NCBI GenBank assembly: GCA_036676495.1
Contig: JAKFCT010000076.1
Coordinates: 1 to 37,910, forward strand
DNA length: 37,910 nucleotides
Origin: Candidatus Sericytochromatia bacterium
GTDB taxonomy: Bacteria; Cyanobacteriota; Sericytochromatia; S15B-MN24; UBA4093
Direction of reading: 5' to 3'
The notes under the pieces are model-generated. The model was given only the letters and a program-made list of their open reading frames with translations, had not been told where the DNA came from and searched no databases. Positions 17,717-26,994 of this stretch are shown piece by piece. The first letter of the stretch is position 1. Each line of letters starts with the position of its first letter. The position numbers and the translations under genes were made by a program.

Positions 17717-17804
17717 CGATAAGGCACCCGCGGGCACAGAGGCCCGTGCCATGGACACCCCGATAAGGCACCCGCGGGCACAGAGGCCCGCGCCACGGAC
17801 ACCC
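17717..17804 (+). repeat. Tandem 44-bp direct repeat (two copies), each with a REP-like palindrome
   Basis: CGATAAGGCACCCGCGGGCACAGAGGCCCG(T/C)GCCA(T/C)GGACACCC at 17717-17760 and 17761-17804, 42/44 identical. Confidence 0.9.
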
Positions 17805-17843
17805 TGGTGGTTTGGCTCACGGAAGTTTCCAGGCATGGGGTTT

Positions 17844-17866
17844 GTGGGGCGGGCCTCCGCGCCCGC
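17844..17866 (-). repeat. Inverted REP-like copy
   Basis: GTGGGGCGGGCCTCCGCGCCCGC is the reverse complement of the palindrome in the 44-bp repeats. Confidence 0.7.
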
Positions 17867-17917
17867 CATGGCTTCCCATGGCTTCCCATGGCTTCCCATA
17901 TGGCATCCCATGGCTTC
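17866..17917 (+). repeat. 10-bp tandem repeat (CCATGGCTTC), five units
   Basis: Three perfect units, one variant CCATATGGCATC, one perfect unit. Confidence 0.9.
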
Positions 17918-17921
17918 GACC

Positions 17922-17950
17922 TTGTCCCAAAGGGGGCGGCAGCGTATGAT
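17922..17950 (+). promoter_or_regulatory. Sigma70-type promoter of ribE-ribBA-ribH
   Basis: TTGTCC, 17 nt, TATGAT; AGGAGG RBS at 17973-17978. Confidence 0.65.
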
Positions 17951-17985
17951 GAGAGCAGATTTCGGGCCGTTCAGGAGGATTCAGG

Positions 17986-18633
17986 TTGTTCACGGGCCTC
18001 ATCGAGGAAGTCGGCACACTCATCGCCCGCCGGGGCCATGAGCTCGTGATCGGCGCGCCCATGATCGCCCCCACCCTCAAGCTCGGGGACTCGGTCGCGG
18101 TCAACGGCATCTGCCTCACGGCCACGGCGCTGGGCCGAGATCGCTTCAGCGCGGATGTTTCCGCCACGACGCTCGACGCGACCACCGCAGGCGCCTGGCA
18201 AGGCGGCCGCAAGCTCAACCTCGAACGCGCGCTCGCCCTCGGCGATCGCCTGGGCGGCCACCTCGTGAGCGGCCACGTGGACGGAGTCGGGGCCTTGAAG
18301 GAGCGCCGCAAGCTCGGAGAAGCGTGGAAACTGACCTTCGAGATGCCCCCCGAACTCGCTCCATTCCTCGTCCCGAAGGGCAGCATCGCCATCGACGGGA
18401 CCAGCCTCACCGTCAACGACGTCGAAAGCCATGCTTTCACGGTGACCGTCATCCCCCACACGGCGGAGAAGACCCTGTTACTGGACCTGGCCCCGGGGGA
18501 CCCGGTCAACCTGGAAGCGGATATGCTGGCGAAATACGTCCAGCGCATGCTCTCGGCCTACGTCCAGCCTGCCGCCCCCAAAAGCGGCCTCACCTGGGCG
18601 AAGCTGGCCGAGTGCGGATTCATGGATAGCTGA
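17986..18633 (+). CDS. ribE: Riboflavin synthase (alpha chain)
   Basis: MFTGLIEEVG N-terminus (TTG start), GDSVAVNGICLT, NLERAL, GGHLVSGHVD. Confidence 0.97.
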   Translation: MFTGLIEEVGTLIARRGHELVIGAPMIAPTLKLGDSVAVNGICLTATALGRDRFSADVSATTLDATTAGAWQGGRKLNLERALALGDRLGGHLVSGHVDGVGALKERRKLGEAWKLTFEMPPELAPFLVPKGSIAIDGTSLTVNDVESHAFTVTVIPHTAEKTLLLDLAPGDPVNLEADMLAKYVQRMLSAYVQPAAPKSGLTWAKLAECGFMDS

Positions 18634-18636
18634 TCA

Positions 18637-19833
18637 ATGAGCGTTTTTGCCGAGATTCCGGAGGTACTGGAGGCCCTCAAAGCGGGCCGCATGGTGATCG
18701 TCGCCGACGACGAGGACCGCGAGAACGAGGGCGATCTGATCATCGCCGCCGAGCACGCGACTCCCGAAGCCATCAACTTCATGGCCACCTACGGCCGCGG
18801 CCTGATCTGCCTGGCCGTCACCCCCGACCGGGCGCAGCAGCTTCACCTGGATCCGATGGTCCAGACCAACACCGACCCGCATGCCACCGCCTTCACCGTC
18901 TCCATCGACGCGGTCTCGGGGGGAACCACCGGCATCTCGGCCGCCGACCGGGCCCATACCGTCCAGGTGGCGATCGCCCCGGACGCCCAGCCCGAGCAGC
19001 TGCGCCGTCCCGGCCATATCTTCCCCCTGATCGCCAAGCCCGGCGGGGTCCTCAGCCGCGCCGGCCACACCGAGGCCGCCGTCGACCTCACCCGCCTCGC
19101 CGGCCTGAAACCCGCCGGCGTCATCTGCGAGATCCTCAACCCCGACGGCACCATGGCCCGCCTCCCCAACCTGATGGAGTTCGCCCGCCAGCACGACCTG
19201 CTCGTCACCACGGTCGCCAAGCTCATCGCCTACCGGATCCACCAGGAGCGCTTCATCGTCCGCCGCACCGAGTCGAAACTCCCCACCAAGTTCGGGGACT
19301 TCACCATCGTCGGCTACGAGAGCATGCTCAACGGCTCCCACCACGTGGCCCTGGTCATGGGCGATCCCACCCTTCCCGGCACCCTGGTCCGGATGCACTC
19401 CGAGTGCCTCACCGGGGATGCCTTCGGCAGCCTGCGCTGCGACTGCGGCGAGCAGCGGGACCGGGCCCTGGAGGCGATCGCCGCGGAAGGCCGCGGAGTG
19501 CTCGTCTACCTGCGCCAGGAAGGCCGCGGCATCGGTCTGCTCAACAAGATTCACGCCTACCAGCTCCAGGACGGCGGCCTCGACACCGTCGAAGCCAACC
19601 TCAAGCTCGGCTTCCCGCCCGATCTCCGCGACTACGGCGTCGGCGCCCAGATCCTGGTCGACCTCGGCATCACGAGCATGCGCCTCCTGACCAACAACCC
19701 CCGCAAGGTGGCCGGTCTCGACGGCTACGGCCTGGAAGTCGAAGGGCGCGTGCCCATCCGCATCCCCTCCAATACCCACAACCAGCACTACCTCCAGACG
19801 AAGGCGGAAAAGCTCGGCCACATGCTGAGCTAG
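18637..19833 (+). CDS. ribBA: Bifunctional DHBP synthase / GTP cyclohydrolase II
   Basis: [23 protein letters not shown]; [30 protein letters not shown]. Confidence 0.98.
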   Translation: MSVFAEIPEVLEALKAGRMVIVADDEDRENEGDLIIAAEHATPEAINFMATYGRGLICLAVTPDRAQQLHLDPMVQTNTDPHATAFTVSIDAVSGGTTGISAADRAHTVQVAIAPDAQPEQLRRPGHIFPLIAKPGGVLSRAGHTEAAVDLTRLAGLKPAGVICEILNPDGTMARLPNLMEFARQHDLLVTTVAKLIAYRIHQERFIVRRTESKLPTKFGDFTIVGYESMLNGSHHVALVMGDPTLPGTLVRMHSECLTGDAFGSLRCDCGEQRDRALEAIAAEGRGVLVYLRQEGRGIGLLNKIHAYQLQDGGLDTVEANLKLGFPPDLRDYGVGAQILVDLGITSMRLLTNNPRKVAGLDGYGLEVEGRVPIRIPSNTHNQHYLQTKAEKLGHMLS

Positions 19834-19899
19834 CCCCTCGGGACGCATGTCCCTGGGACTGACCGGCCCATCACGCGCTCACGTAGAAAGGATCCCTGC

Positions 19900-20367
<468 letters not shown>

Positions 20368-20376
20368 ACCGCTTCC

Positions 20377-21234
20377 GTGAAGCCGTCGATCCTCGATTTC
20401 GACCTCGACTACTTCCTCTTCCCGCCGATCCACTACCCCGCCTGGGCCCAGTGGCTCAACCGCAACGGGCAGTCCCCCTCGAAGCGGATCGCCTGGAACC
20501 GGAAGTACCATTTCTGGATGACCCACGGCACCTTCCGCTCGCGCATGCGCGAGCTGGGGGTGCCCCCCATCCCCCATCGCCGCCAGTTCGAACACCACCA
20601 GGAGGCCATCCCCTTCTGGCTCGAGCTGGTCCACTCCGGAACGATCTCCGTCCCCTTCCGGGTCTACCACTTCGACGCGCACAGCGACCTCTTCCTGACC
20701 AAAGCCGAAGAGTCCGACGCCCACTTCACCCAGATCGACCGCCTGCACGAGCTCCCGGCCACCCTGCCCGACCTCATCCACGAGGCCAACTACCTCTGGT
20801 GGGCCATCTACCTCGGCCTGACCGACGAGATCGTCTGGATCGTCCCCGAACCCCAGTTCCGCCGCGACCTCCAGGTCGAGCTCGACGGCCCCTTCGTCCA
20901 CTTCGCGCCCAACCGCGACGAGCAGAAGCGCTGGGAGGACCAGGCCCGCGACTCCTGGAGCGAAGCCTTCCTGGCGAGGCTGGGTGGCAAGAAGCAGGAG
21001 GCGCGCGCACACCTGCGCGACCACGCCCGCTACGCCGACATGGCAATGGCCGCTCGATACGAGCGGCCCTTCATCCTGAAACGCTTCGGCATGGAGGTTC
21101 CCGTCCGGGTGACCACCCTGAGCCGCCTCGAAGCCCTATCGAACCCCGTCGCCATCAACCTCTGCCGCTCGCCGGACTACACCCCGGCCAAGGCCGATCG
21201 CTTCTTCGACAGCTTCCTTTCGCAGTTCGACTAA
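20377..21234 (+). CDS. UPF0489 / arginase-deacetylase-fold metallohydrolase-like protein
   Basis: LDFDLDYF at the N-terminus, EHHQE, HFDAHSDL, EANY, CRSPDYTP; GTG start. Confidence 0.6.
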   Translation: MKPSILDFDLDYFLFPPIHYPAWAQWLNRNGQSPSKRIAWNRKYHFWMTHGTFRSRMRELGVPPIPHRRQFEHHQEAIPFWLELVHSGTISVPFRVYHFDAHSDLFLTKAEESDAHFTQIDRLHELPATLPDLIHEANYLWWAIYLGLTDEIVWIVPEPQFRRDLQVELDGPFVHFAPNRDEQKRWEDQARDSWSEAFLARLGGKKQEARAHLRDHARYADMAMAARYERPFILKRFGMEVPVRVTTLSRLEALSNPVAINLCRSPDYTPAKADRFFDSFLSQFD

Positions 21235-21246
21235 CGTACACTCGCA

Positions 21247-21309
21247 AACCGTCATTCCCGCGAAAGCGGGAATCCAGGCTGGACTCCCGCTTCCGCGGGA
21301 ATGACGGTT
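21247..21309. repeat. GTCATTCCCGCG-type palindromic element between convergent genes (possible bidirectional terminator role)
   Basis: AACCGTCATTCCCGCG...CGCGGGAATGACGGTT, perfect 16-bp terminal inverted repeat with two internal hairpins. Confidence 0.85.
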
Positions 21310-21339
21310 ACGGGAGCGGGAGTGACGGAGAGCGGCGTC

Positions 21340-21669
21340 TCAGGGCAGCAGGGCCTCGCCCTTGCCCCTCACGAAATGCGCCTCCAGATCCGCCAGCAGG
21401 GCGCTCTCGCCCTCGGCTTCCTCGCGGCACGCGAAGGGAGTCGTGAGATCCCCCTTGAAAGGGTTGAAGAAGTAGACCCGATCCCCTTCCAGGCGCCGCA
21501 GGACGAGCTGCTGGTACTTGCCTGCCGCCCAGGGGACCTCGACGATCACGTTGGTCTTCCCGGCGCGCAGGGCCGCCACGACCTTCCCGAAGTCCCGGGT
21601 GCCGCGGCGGGCGGAGCCGAGCACCGCCCCCGCGAGAATCTGGGTCCGCTTGATCTGACGCTTCGACAC
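21340..21669 (-). CDS. Small protein resembling the C-terminal half of a papain/C39-like fold, without catalytic residues
   Basis: GTG start 1 nt after the upstream stop; aligns by eye with residues ~245-312 of the upstream protein. Confidence 0.6.
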   Translation of the reverse strand: MSKRQIKRTQILAGAVLGSARRGTRDFGKVVAALRAGKTNVIVEVPWAAGKYQQLVLRRLEGDRVYFFNPFKGDLTTPFACREEAEGESALLADLEAHFVRGKGEALLP

Positions 21670-21670
21670 C

Positions 21671-23974
21671 CTACCGCCCCTTCACTTTCTGCGCGACCTC
21701 CCGACCGATCTCCTTCGCCCGGGCCTCGAACTGCCGCTGGCGCTCCTCGAGCTCCGCGTGGATCCGGCCCTCCGTGAGGACCTCGTCCGCGATCTGGGCC
21801 GCCTTTCTCGTCTCGCCGCGGCGTGCCGCTTCGTAGCCTTCCTGGAGGCGCGCGGCCTTGGTGGCCATTTCTTCGACCTTCTTCAGGGCCTCGGGATCCT
21901 TTAGGCCCGCCACTCCCGCATCGAAGCCCATCTTGGCCGCCAGCTTGGCCGCTTCGCCGTAGTTCTTGGCCTCGAGGGCCTGCTTGAGCGAGCCGGCCTG
22001 CTGACCCAGCGTCTGGGCGGCCGAGGCGACCTTCGGGCTGAGGATGCCCTTACCCGCCAGGGCTTGCGCGCCGAGCTGCGCCGCTGCGGCCACGTCCCCC
22101 TTCTTGGCGGCCTGGTAGAACTCCACTCCCTGCTTGAGCTGGGGCAAGACTTTCTGGTAATCCTTGCGGCTCACCACGCCCAGTTCTTCGGCGGTCTTGG
22201 CCGCCAGGTCCAGGGCGCCGGCCACGTCTCCCGTCCGGCGTGCCTGATCGAGGGCTTGCCCCCGCTCCAGCCAGCGCGTCACGTCCTGACCCTGGCCCGC
22301 ATCGAGGATCTGGGCATCGACGGCCATGCCGTTCACCGCCAGCGCCGCGCCCAGGAAGTCCTTGGAATCCACCGCATGCCGCACCTGCTGGGCCGTGTTG
22401 GCCAGGGAGGCCACGCGGTTGACGGTCTGGTTTCCGGTCATGCTTCCGACGGCTCCCAGGGCCGCGCCGAGATCCCGGTTCTGAACGGCGCTGACTGCCC
22501 GGCCCGCCGTGGCGAGGTTCTGGTTGCCGGCCGCTCCGGCAATCGCTCCCAGGGCGGCGCCGACGTTGCCGGTCTTGACCGCCGAGACCACCTGCTTGGC
22601 GGTGTTGGCGTAGGAGGCGAACTTGGCCGCCGCACCGGCCGCAGGACCCGACATGACGCCGCTGAAGGCCGAGGCGCCTGCCGCCACCGCCCCCAGGATA
22701 TCGCCCGACTTGAACGCCCGGTAGGCATTCGCCGCCGCCACCGCCGCCTGGGCGATCTTCAAGCCCATCGCGATGGCGGGTCCCACGCCGGGGATCAGCC
22801 AGGCTGCGACCGAGAGGATCGGCAGGACGGGCGCGATGGCGTCCACCACCTTGAAGAAGGTCTTCTTCATGACGTCGAAGACCTGCTTGTGAACGTCCAC
22901 GACTGCCTTGACGACCTTCTTGACGGCGTTCGTGACCCGCCGGAAGGCCCGGCGCAAGCGGCGCATGAAGCCGCCCGCCAGCAGGCCCTCGTCCGCCTTC
23001 ATCGCGGATTTGGCCAGGGTCGGCGTCACGAGCTCGTCGGGCAGGCTCACGGATTGCAGCTTGCCCTGGAACTCCTCGAGGCTGACCGTCTTGCGGCCCG
23101 CCTTGGGATCCATGTAGGTGACCTTCCCGTTCGAGACGTTCTCTACAAGGACTGCATGGCCCTTGATCTCGCCGTTCTCGTCCTTGTACTTGATGATGGC
23201 CGGGACGGGCTTGCCCGCAGCGGTGGCCTTGCCGAGCTGCCCGATGACCTCCGGGCCGCTGCCCAGGATCGACGTGCTCTGGCGGCCGGTGACGGCGGCG
23301 ATCAGCTTGTCCTGCTCCGCGGCGTAGAGGCCCTGCCCGGTTCCCGAGGCCGTCTTGCGCGCATCCGTGAGGCTGTCGTACGAGCCCGTCGCGTACTGCA
23401 TGAGCGCGGGCTGCATCAGGTTGTCCACCACCGAGCGCGTCGGATCGCTCTGCCAGTTCGCATCCCGCGTGATGGTCGCCCCGTTCTGGAGGGTGACCTG
23501 GCCCTCGGGGCCAGCCAGCCCCGAGACGAGACGCAGGTACTCGGCAGGATTCTCATCGGCGAGCATCATCTGGACCACCGCCGGCGCGCAGGTGAACTTG
23601 TCGCCCTGGTTCACGGCGCTGGGATCGGCAAGCTGGCGCAGGGCGGTCGCGACGAGCTGCGCGCGGTCGATTCCAGGAGCCAACGGCTGCGTCGCCAGCT
23701 GCTCGAGGCCCGCCATGACTTCGGAAGTGAGTTTACCAGAAGCTTGAAGTCCCTCCAGATCCGCGAGGGCTTGAAGGTTGCCCGTCACCAGCGGCTCGAG
23801 GTTACTCTCGCCGATCATGTCCTGGAGGTTGCGGCGGACCGAGACTTCCTCCATCGGCCGAGGCGCCGCTTCGACGGTGGGAGCGTTCGCCACGGCGGCT
23901 TCCGGTGGAAGCGGCCCCGAGGGCGTGGGACTCAGGGGCCCCGTGCGCGCAATCGGCGTTTGGCGAATCTCCAT
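21671..23974 (-). CDS. Papain/C39-like cysteine peptidase fused to a Gly/Ala-rich membrane-active-like region
   Basis: Q123/C129 (NQGDKFTCAP), H273 (GHAVLV), D289 (YMDP); GG at 334-335, then a cationic helix, a hydrophobic hairpin and helical repeats; GGAGG RBS. Confidence 0.7.
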   Translation of the reverse strand: MEIRQTPIARTGPLSPTPSGPLPPEAAVANAPTVEAAPRPMEEVSVRRNLQDMIGESNLEPLVTGNLQALADLEGLQASGKLTSEVMAGLEQLATQPLAPGIDRAQLVATALRQLADPSAVNQGDKFTCAPAVVQMMLADENPAEYLRLVSGLAGPEGQVTLQNGATITRDANWQSDPTRSVVDNLMQPALMQYATGSYDSLTDARKTASGTGQGLYAAEQDKLIAAVTGRQSTSILGSGPEVIGQLGKATAAGKPVPAIIKYKDENGEIKGHAVLVENVSNGKVTYMDPKAGRKTVSLEEFQGKLQSVSLPDELVTPTLAKSAMKADEGLLAGGFMRRLRRAFRRVTNAVKKVVKAVVDVHKQVFDVMKKTFFKVVDAIAPVLPILSVAAWLIPGVGPAIAMGLKIAQAAVAAANAYRAFKSGDILGAVAAGASAFSGVMSGPAAGAAAKFASYANTAKQVVSAVKTGNVGAALGAIAGAAGNQNLATAGRAVSAVQNRDLGAALGAVGSMTGNQTVNRVASLANTAQQVRHAVDSKDFLGAALAVNGMAVDAQILDAGQGQDVTRWLERGQALDQARRTGDVAGALDLAAKTAEELGVVSRKDYQKVLPQLKQGVEFYQAAKKGDVAAAAQLGAQALAGKGILSPKVASAAQTLGQQAGSLKQALEAKNYGEAAKLAAKMGFDAGVAGLKDPEALKKVEEMATKAARLQEGYEAARRGETRKAAQIADEVLTEGRIHAELEERQRQFEARAKEIGREVAQKVKGR

Positions 23975-24157
23975 AAGCGTCCTCCCAGATATGACGAGAC
24001 AGCCTTTCTTTTCTTGTCATACCCGGGTGAATCGGCGCCTTGCCTGAATTACGAGAAAGCGAATGGAGACTTAATCCGGATTTTTTCGGCGGGAAACGGG
24101 GCATTTACACGCAGGCGCTCCCGCGCGTCCCGCCCCGCTTCCCACCCTGGGGAACGC

Positions 24158-24919
24158 CTAGGACGTCGTCTCCAGGCGATCGGCGTAGATCGCCATGGCG
24201 TCCCGGAGGAACTCCGCCAGGCCCGGCTTCACCTTCTCGTAGGTCGCCGTGAAGCGCGGATCCGCCACGTACATCTCGCCCAGCCCCCGGAAGATTTCCG
24301 GGGTGCAGGTGTAGAAGCGCTGATTGATCAGCTCGAACCACGCCCCCACCTTCGCCTGGACCTCCGGCGAGCCGGGATCCTGGCCCATCACGCCGGCGAT
24401 ACCGGTCGTGACCGCTTCCATCTCGGCCTTGATCGCGACCCAGTCCTGCTTGCCGTACGCGCGGGTGCGGCGCTCGGATTCGGCGTAGGCGTCGCTGCCG
24501 CCCCAGCGCTGACGAGCTTCTTCCTGGTACTCCTTGAGCTTCGGGTCGTTGAAGACCTCGAACATCGCATCCTTTTCCATCGTTTCGCCCCTTTCCATGG
24601 CCTCCAGGGTCTGATCCACGGATCGGAGGATCGCCTGGAGCCGGGTTTGCTTTTCCCTCAGTAGTTTCCGGTGGGTGAGGAGCGCGTCGCGCCGGTCGAA
24701 GTCCGGCCGATCGAGGATCTGCTTGATCTCCTGCAAGCTGAAGTCCAGCTCTCGGAAGAACAGGATCTGCTGCAGCCGCTCCAGGTCCGCGTCGGAGTAC
24801 TGGCGGTATCCCGCCTCGCTCACCGATGCGGGCCGAAGCAGGCCGATCGCGTCGTAGTGGTGCAGCGTCCGGACCGAGATGCCGGCCAACTCGGCCACGG
24901 ATTTGACTGTAAACGGCAT
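24158..24919 (-). CDS. MerR family regulator with TipAS antibiotic-recognition domain (TipA/Mta-like)
   Basis: SVRTLHHYDAIGLL and GYRQY HTH; YQEEARQRWG and GLGEMYVADPRF TipAS-type motifs; start ATG 24919 after GGAGG. Confidence 0.92.
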   Translation of the reverse strand: MPFTVKSVAELAGISVRTLHHYDAIGLLRPASVSEAGYRQYSDADLERLQQILFFRELDFSLQEIKQILDRPDFDRRDALLTHRKLLREKQTRLQAILRSVDQTLEAMERGETMEKDAMFEVFNDPKLKEYQEEARQRWGGSDAYAESERRTRAYGKQDWVAIKAEMEAVTTGIAGVMGQDPGSPEVQAKVGAWFELINQRFYTCTPEIFRGLGEMYVADPRFTATYEKVKPGLAEFLRDAMAIYADRLETTS

Positions 24920-24939
24920 GCGCTCACCTCCCAAGCCTC

Positions 24940-24970
24940 AGGCTAAGGGCTAACGTAACGTGAGGGTCAA
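24940..24970 (-). promoter_or_regulatory. MerR-type autoregulated promoter with operator dyad
   Basis: TTGACC (24970-24965), 19-nt spacer, TAGCCT (24945-24940); spacer holds CTCACGT-T-ACGTTAG (24964-24950). Confidence 0.85.
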
Positions 24971-24995
24971 GGGGGGACAACGCGGGGAATTGAAA

Positions 24996-25988
24996 TTACC
25001 GTTTGAACATGCGATCGCTGGCCTGGATGATGCCCACCATGAGGCGGGTCAGGCCGCGGGTCAGGCCGATGAGGCCGCGTACGGGGAGGCTGGCGGCCCA
25101 GATGATGCCCTGTTCGAGGCGGTCGAAGACGCTCAAGGCGCTCTCCAGGCGATCGCCCGCCACTTTCAGCCCCTGCGTCGCCTGAGCTTTCGCCTTCGCC
25201 GAGTTCTGGTGCAGCGCGGAGGTCTGGTAAGTCGCCCGGATCTGGTACATGGAGCGCTCGAACTCCTGCCAGAAATCCACCGGCTTCGGCTTCTGCCCCT
25301 GGGCTTCCGCCTTGGGGATCGCCAGCTGGAAGGTCTGGAGGATCTGGTCGAGCACCGCGGGATCCGCCTTCTTGATGTTGGTCTGGAGGTAGAGGTAATG
25401 GCTGCGGGCGGCGGGGCCGTCCCCGTAGTGGGCCATCACGCCGGCGGTCGCTCCCTCGTCGCGGGGGAAGTAGAAGATGCTGATCTGGGTGAGCTTGCGG
25501 ACGATGCCGTACATGCGATCGCCCGCGTCCAAGAGGGCCGGGGGGATCAGCTCCCGGAAGACCTGCTCGATGCCGGCATCCACGTAGCGCAGGATCGGGC
25601 CGTTGGGCTCGGCGACGGGCTGCGGGGGCAGCACCTTCCAGCGGGTGGCCTGGCCCAAGGGGGTCTGCTCGAGCTCCTTGGCGAATCCGGCCTTCCAGAC
25701 GATGCCCTGGACGGTGAAGTTCAGGGCGCGGCTGCGCTTGGCCGTCTTGGCGATCATCAGGGAGTCGGTGCCGTCCGTGTCGCGCAGCGCGGCCGAGCCG
25801 CCCGGATTCTGGCGCTGGATGCGGTTGAAGGCGGCCCGGACGTACGGGTCTCCCGGGCCCAGCTGCAGATCGTAGAGGTCGTCGGGGTTGATGGGGCCCG
25901 TGCGCGGCGCCGGCGGAGTCACGCGCGGCGGCAGGTCGCCGTCCTCGGGGCGCTGGGGGTTCCGCGGGTTACGGGGAGGCTGCTGCAT
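24996..25988 (-). CDS. Hypothetical protein
   Basis: 330-aa ORF with GC3-biased codons and GAGGGGG RBS; Pro/Arg-rich N-terminus, amphipathic C-terminal helix; no family recognised. Confidence 0.7.
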   Translation of the reverse strand: MQQPPRNPRNPQRPEDGDLPPRVTPPAPRTGPINPDDLYDLQLGPGDPYVRAAFNRIQRQNPGGSAALRDTDGTDSLMIAKTAKRSRALNFTVQGIVWKAGFAKELEQTPLGQATRWKVLPPQPVAEPNGPILRYVDAGIEQVFRELIPPALLDAGDRMYGIVRKLTQISIFYFPRDEGATAGVMAHYGDGPAARSHYLYLQTNIKKADPAVLDQILQTFQLAIPKAEAQGQKPKPVDFWQEFERSMYQIRATYQTSALHQNSAKAKAQATQGLKVAGDRLESALSVFDRLEQGIIWAASLPVRGLIGLTRGLTRLMVGIIQASDRMFKR

Positions 25989-26097
25989 GGGTCCCCCTCT
26001 CGAAGATGTCCCCCACGGCGCCCGCGGGCACCGTGACGCGTCGCGTGAGCCACGCGGGGAGCGCAGGGAGGCGGTGCCTCCCCCGATCCTCCGCTCG

Positions 26098-26994
26098 TCA
26101 GGTGGTTTGGCGCCTCAGGTGGCGACGCACCGAAACCCAGCTCCCGAGCGCTCCGATTCCCACGCCGATCGCCACCAGGTAGCCCAGCATCTGGAGGACC
26201 ACCATGGGGCTGGCATTGAGGGCCACGAACGGGAAGAGTTCCTGCAACTTGGTGATGATGAACGTGCGCCAGCCGACGAGGGCTCCGCCGGTCAGGACGG
26301 CGCCTGCCAGGCCGAAGAGCATCCCTTCCAGCAGGAAGGGCGAGTGGATGAAGGCCTCACCGGCTCCCACCAGCTGCATGATCTCGATTTCCTTGCGGCG
26401 GCTCTGGACCGCCAGCCGGATGGTGTTGCCGATGACCGCGAAGGTCGCCGCCATCAGCAGCCCCGTGATCAGGATGCCGATCAACCGGGTGAAGGTCGCG
26501 ATCTGCTGGATCTTGGCGTGGAGGCTCTGGCCCCAGTTGAGGTCCTCGACCCCCTCCATCTCGGCGATCACGGCGGCCACCGCCGGGGTGTCGTCGGAGT
26601 TCTGCACCTTGACGCGGACGGTGTCGGGAAGGGGGTTCTCCAGGAGGGCGTCGAAGCGAACCCGGCCCTTCATGTCCTTTTGAAGCGAGGCCCAGGCCTC
26701 GTCCTTGGGAATGATGCTGACCTCGCTGACTCCCTCCATGTCCCGGATCTTGGTGGCCATCTGGGTGACGTTGGCGGAGTTCTCGGTGAAGACCATGATC
26801 TCGACCTTGGATCCGACCGAGCGGGCGAGGCCGTAGAGATCGTCCGACAGGAGCCAGAAGCCCCCCAGGATGGTGAGGCTGACGGCCATGGTCATGACCA
26901 CCACCCAGCTCATCCAACCGGAGCGGGTGATGGAGGCGAGGGCTTCCTCGCCGATGAAGCCGACCTGTCGCCAGAACCGCTTAATTGACTCCAA
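26098..26994 (-). CDS. ftsX: Cell division permease FtsX
   Basis: [31 protein letters not shown]; four TM segments; overlaps ftsE. Confidence 0.95.
   Translation of the reverse strand: MESIKRFWRQVGFIGEEALASITRSGWMSWVVVMTMAVSLTILGGFWLLSDDLYGLARSVGSKVEIMVFTENSANVTQMATKIRDMEGVSEVSIIPKDEAWASLQKDMKGRVRFDALLENPLPDTVRVKVQNSDDTPAVAAVIAEMEGVEDLNWGQSLHAKIQQIATFTRLIGILITGLLMAATFAVIGNTIRLAVQSRRKEIEIMQLVGAGEAFIHSPFLLEGMLFGLAGAVLTGGALVGWRTFIITKLQELFPFVALNASPMVVLQMLGYLVAIGVGIGALGSWVSVRRHLRRQTT

Noticed and set aside
17717-17917. Possible CRISPR array
   Set aside because: The 44-bp and 10-bp units are directly tandem with no unique spacers, and there are no cas genes in the window
17805-17985. FMN riboswitch upstream of ribE (or ribD)
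   Set aside because: No RFN conserved blocks seen; predicted promoters lie too close to the start codons
24028-24107. Sigma28-type promoter upstream of the peptidase fusion (TAAA...GCCGAAAA; GCCGATTC)
   Set aside because: Spacing from TAAA is 13 nt, not the usual 15, and the second candidate lacks a -35 match
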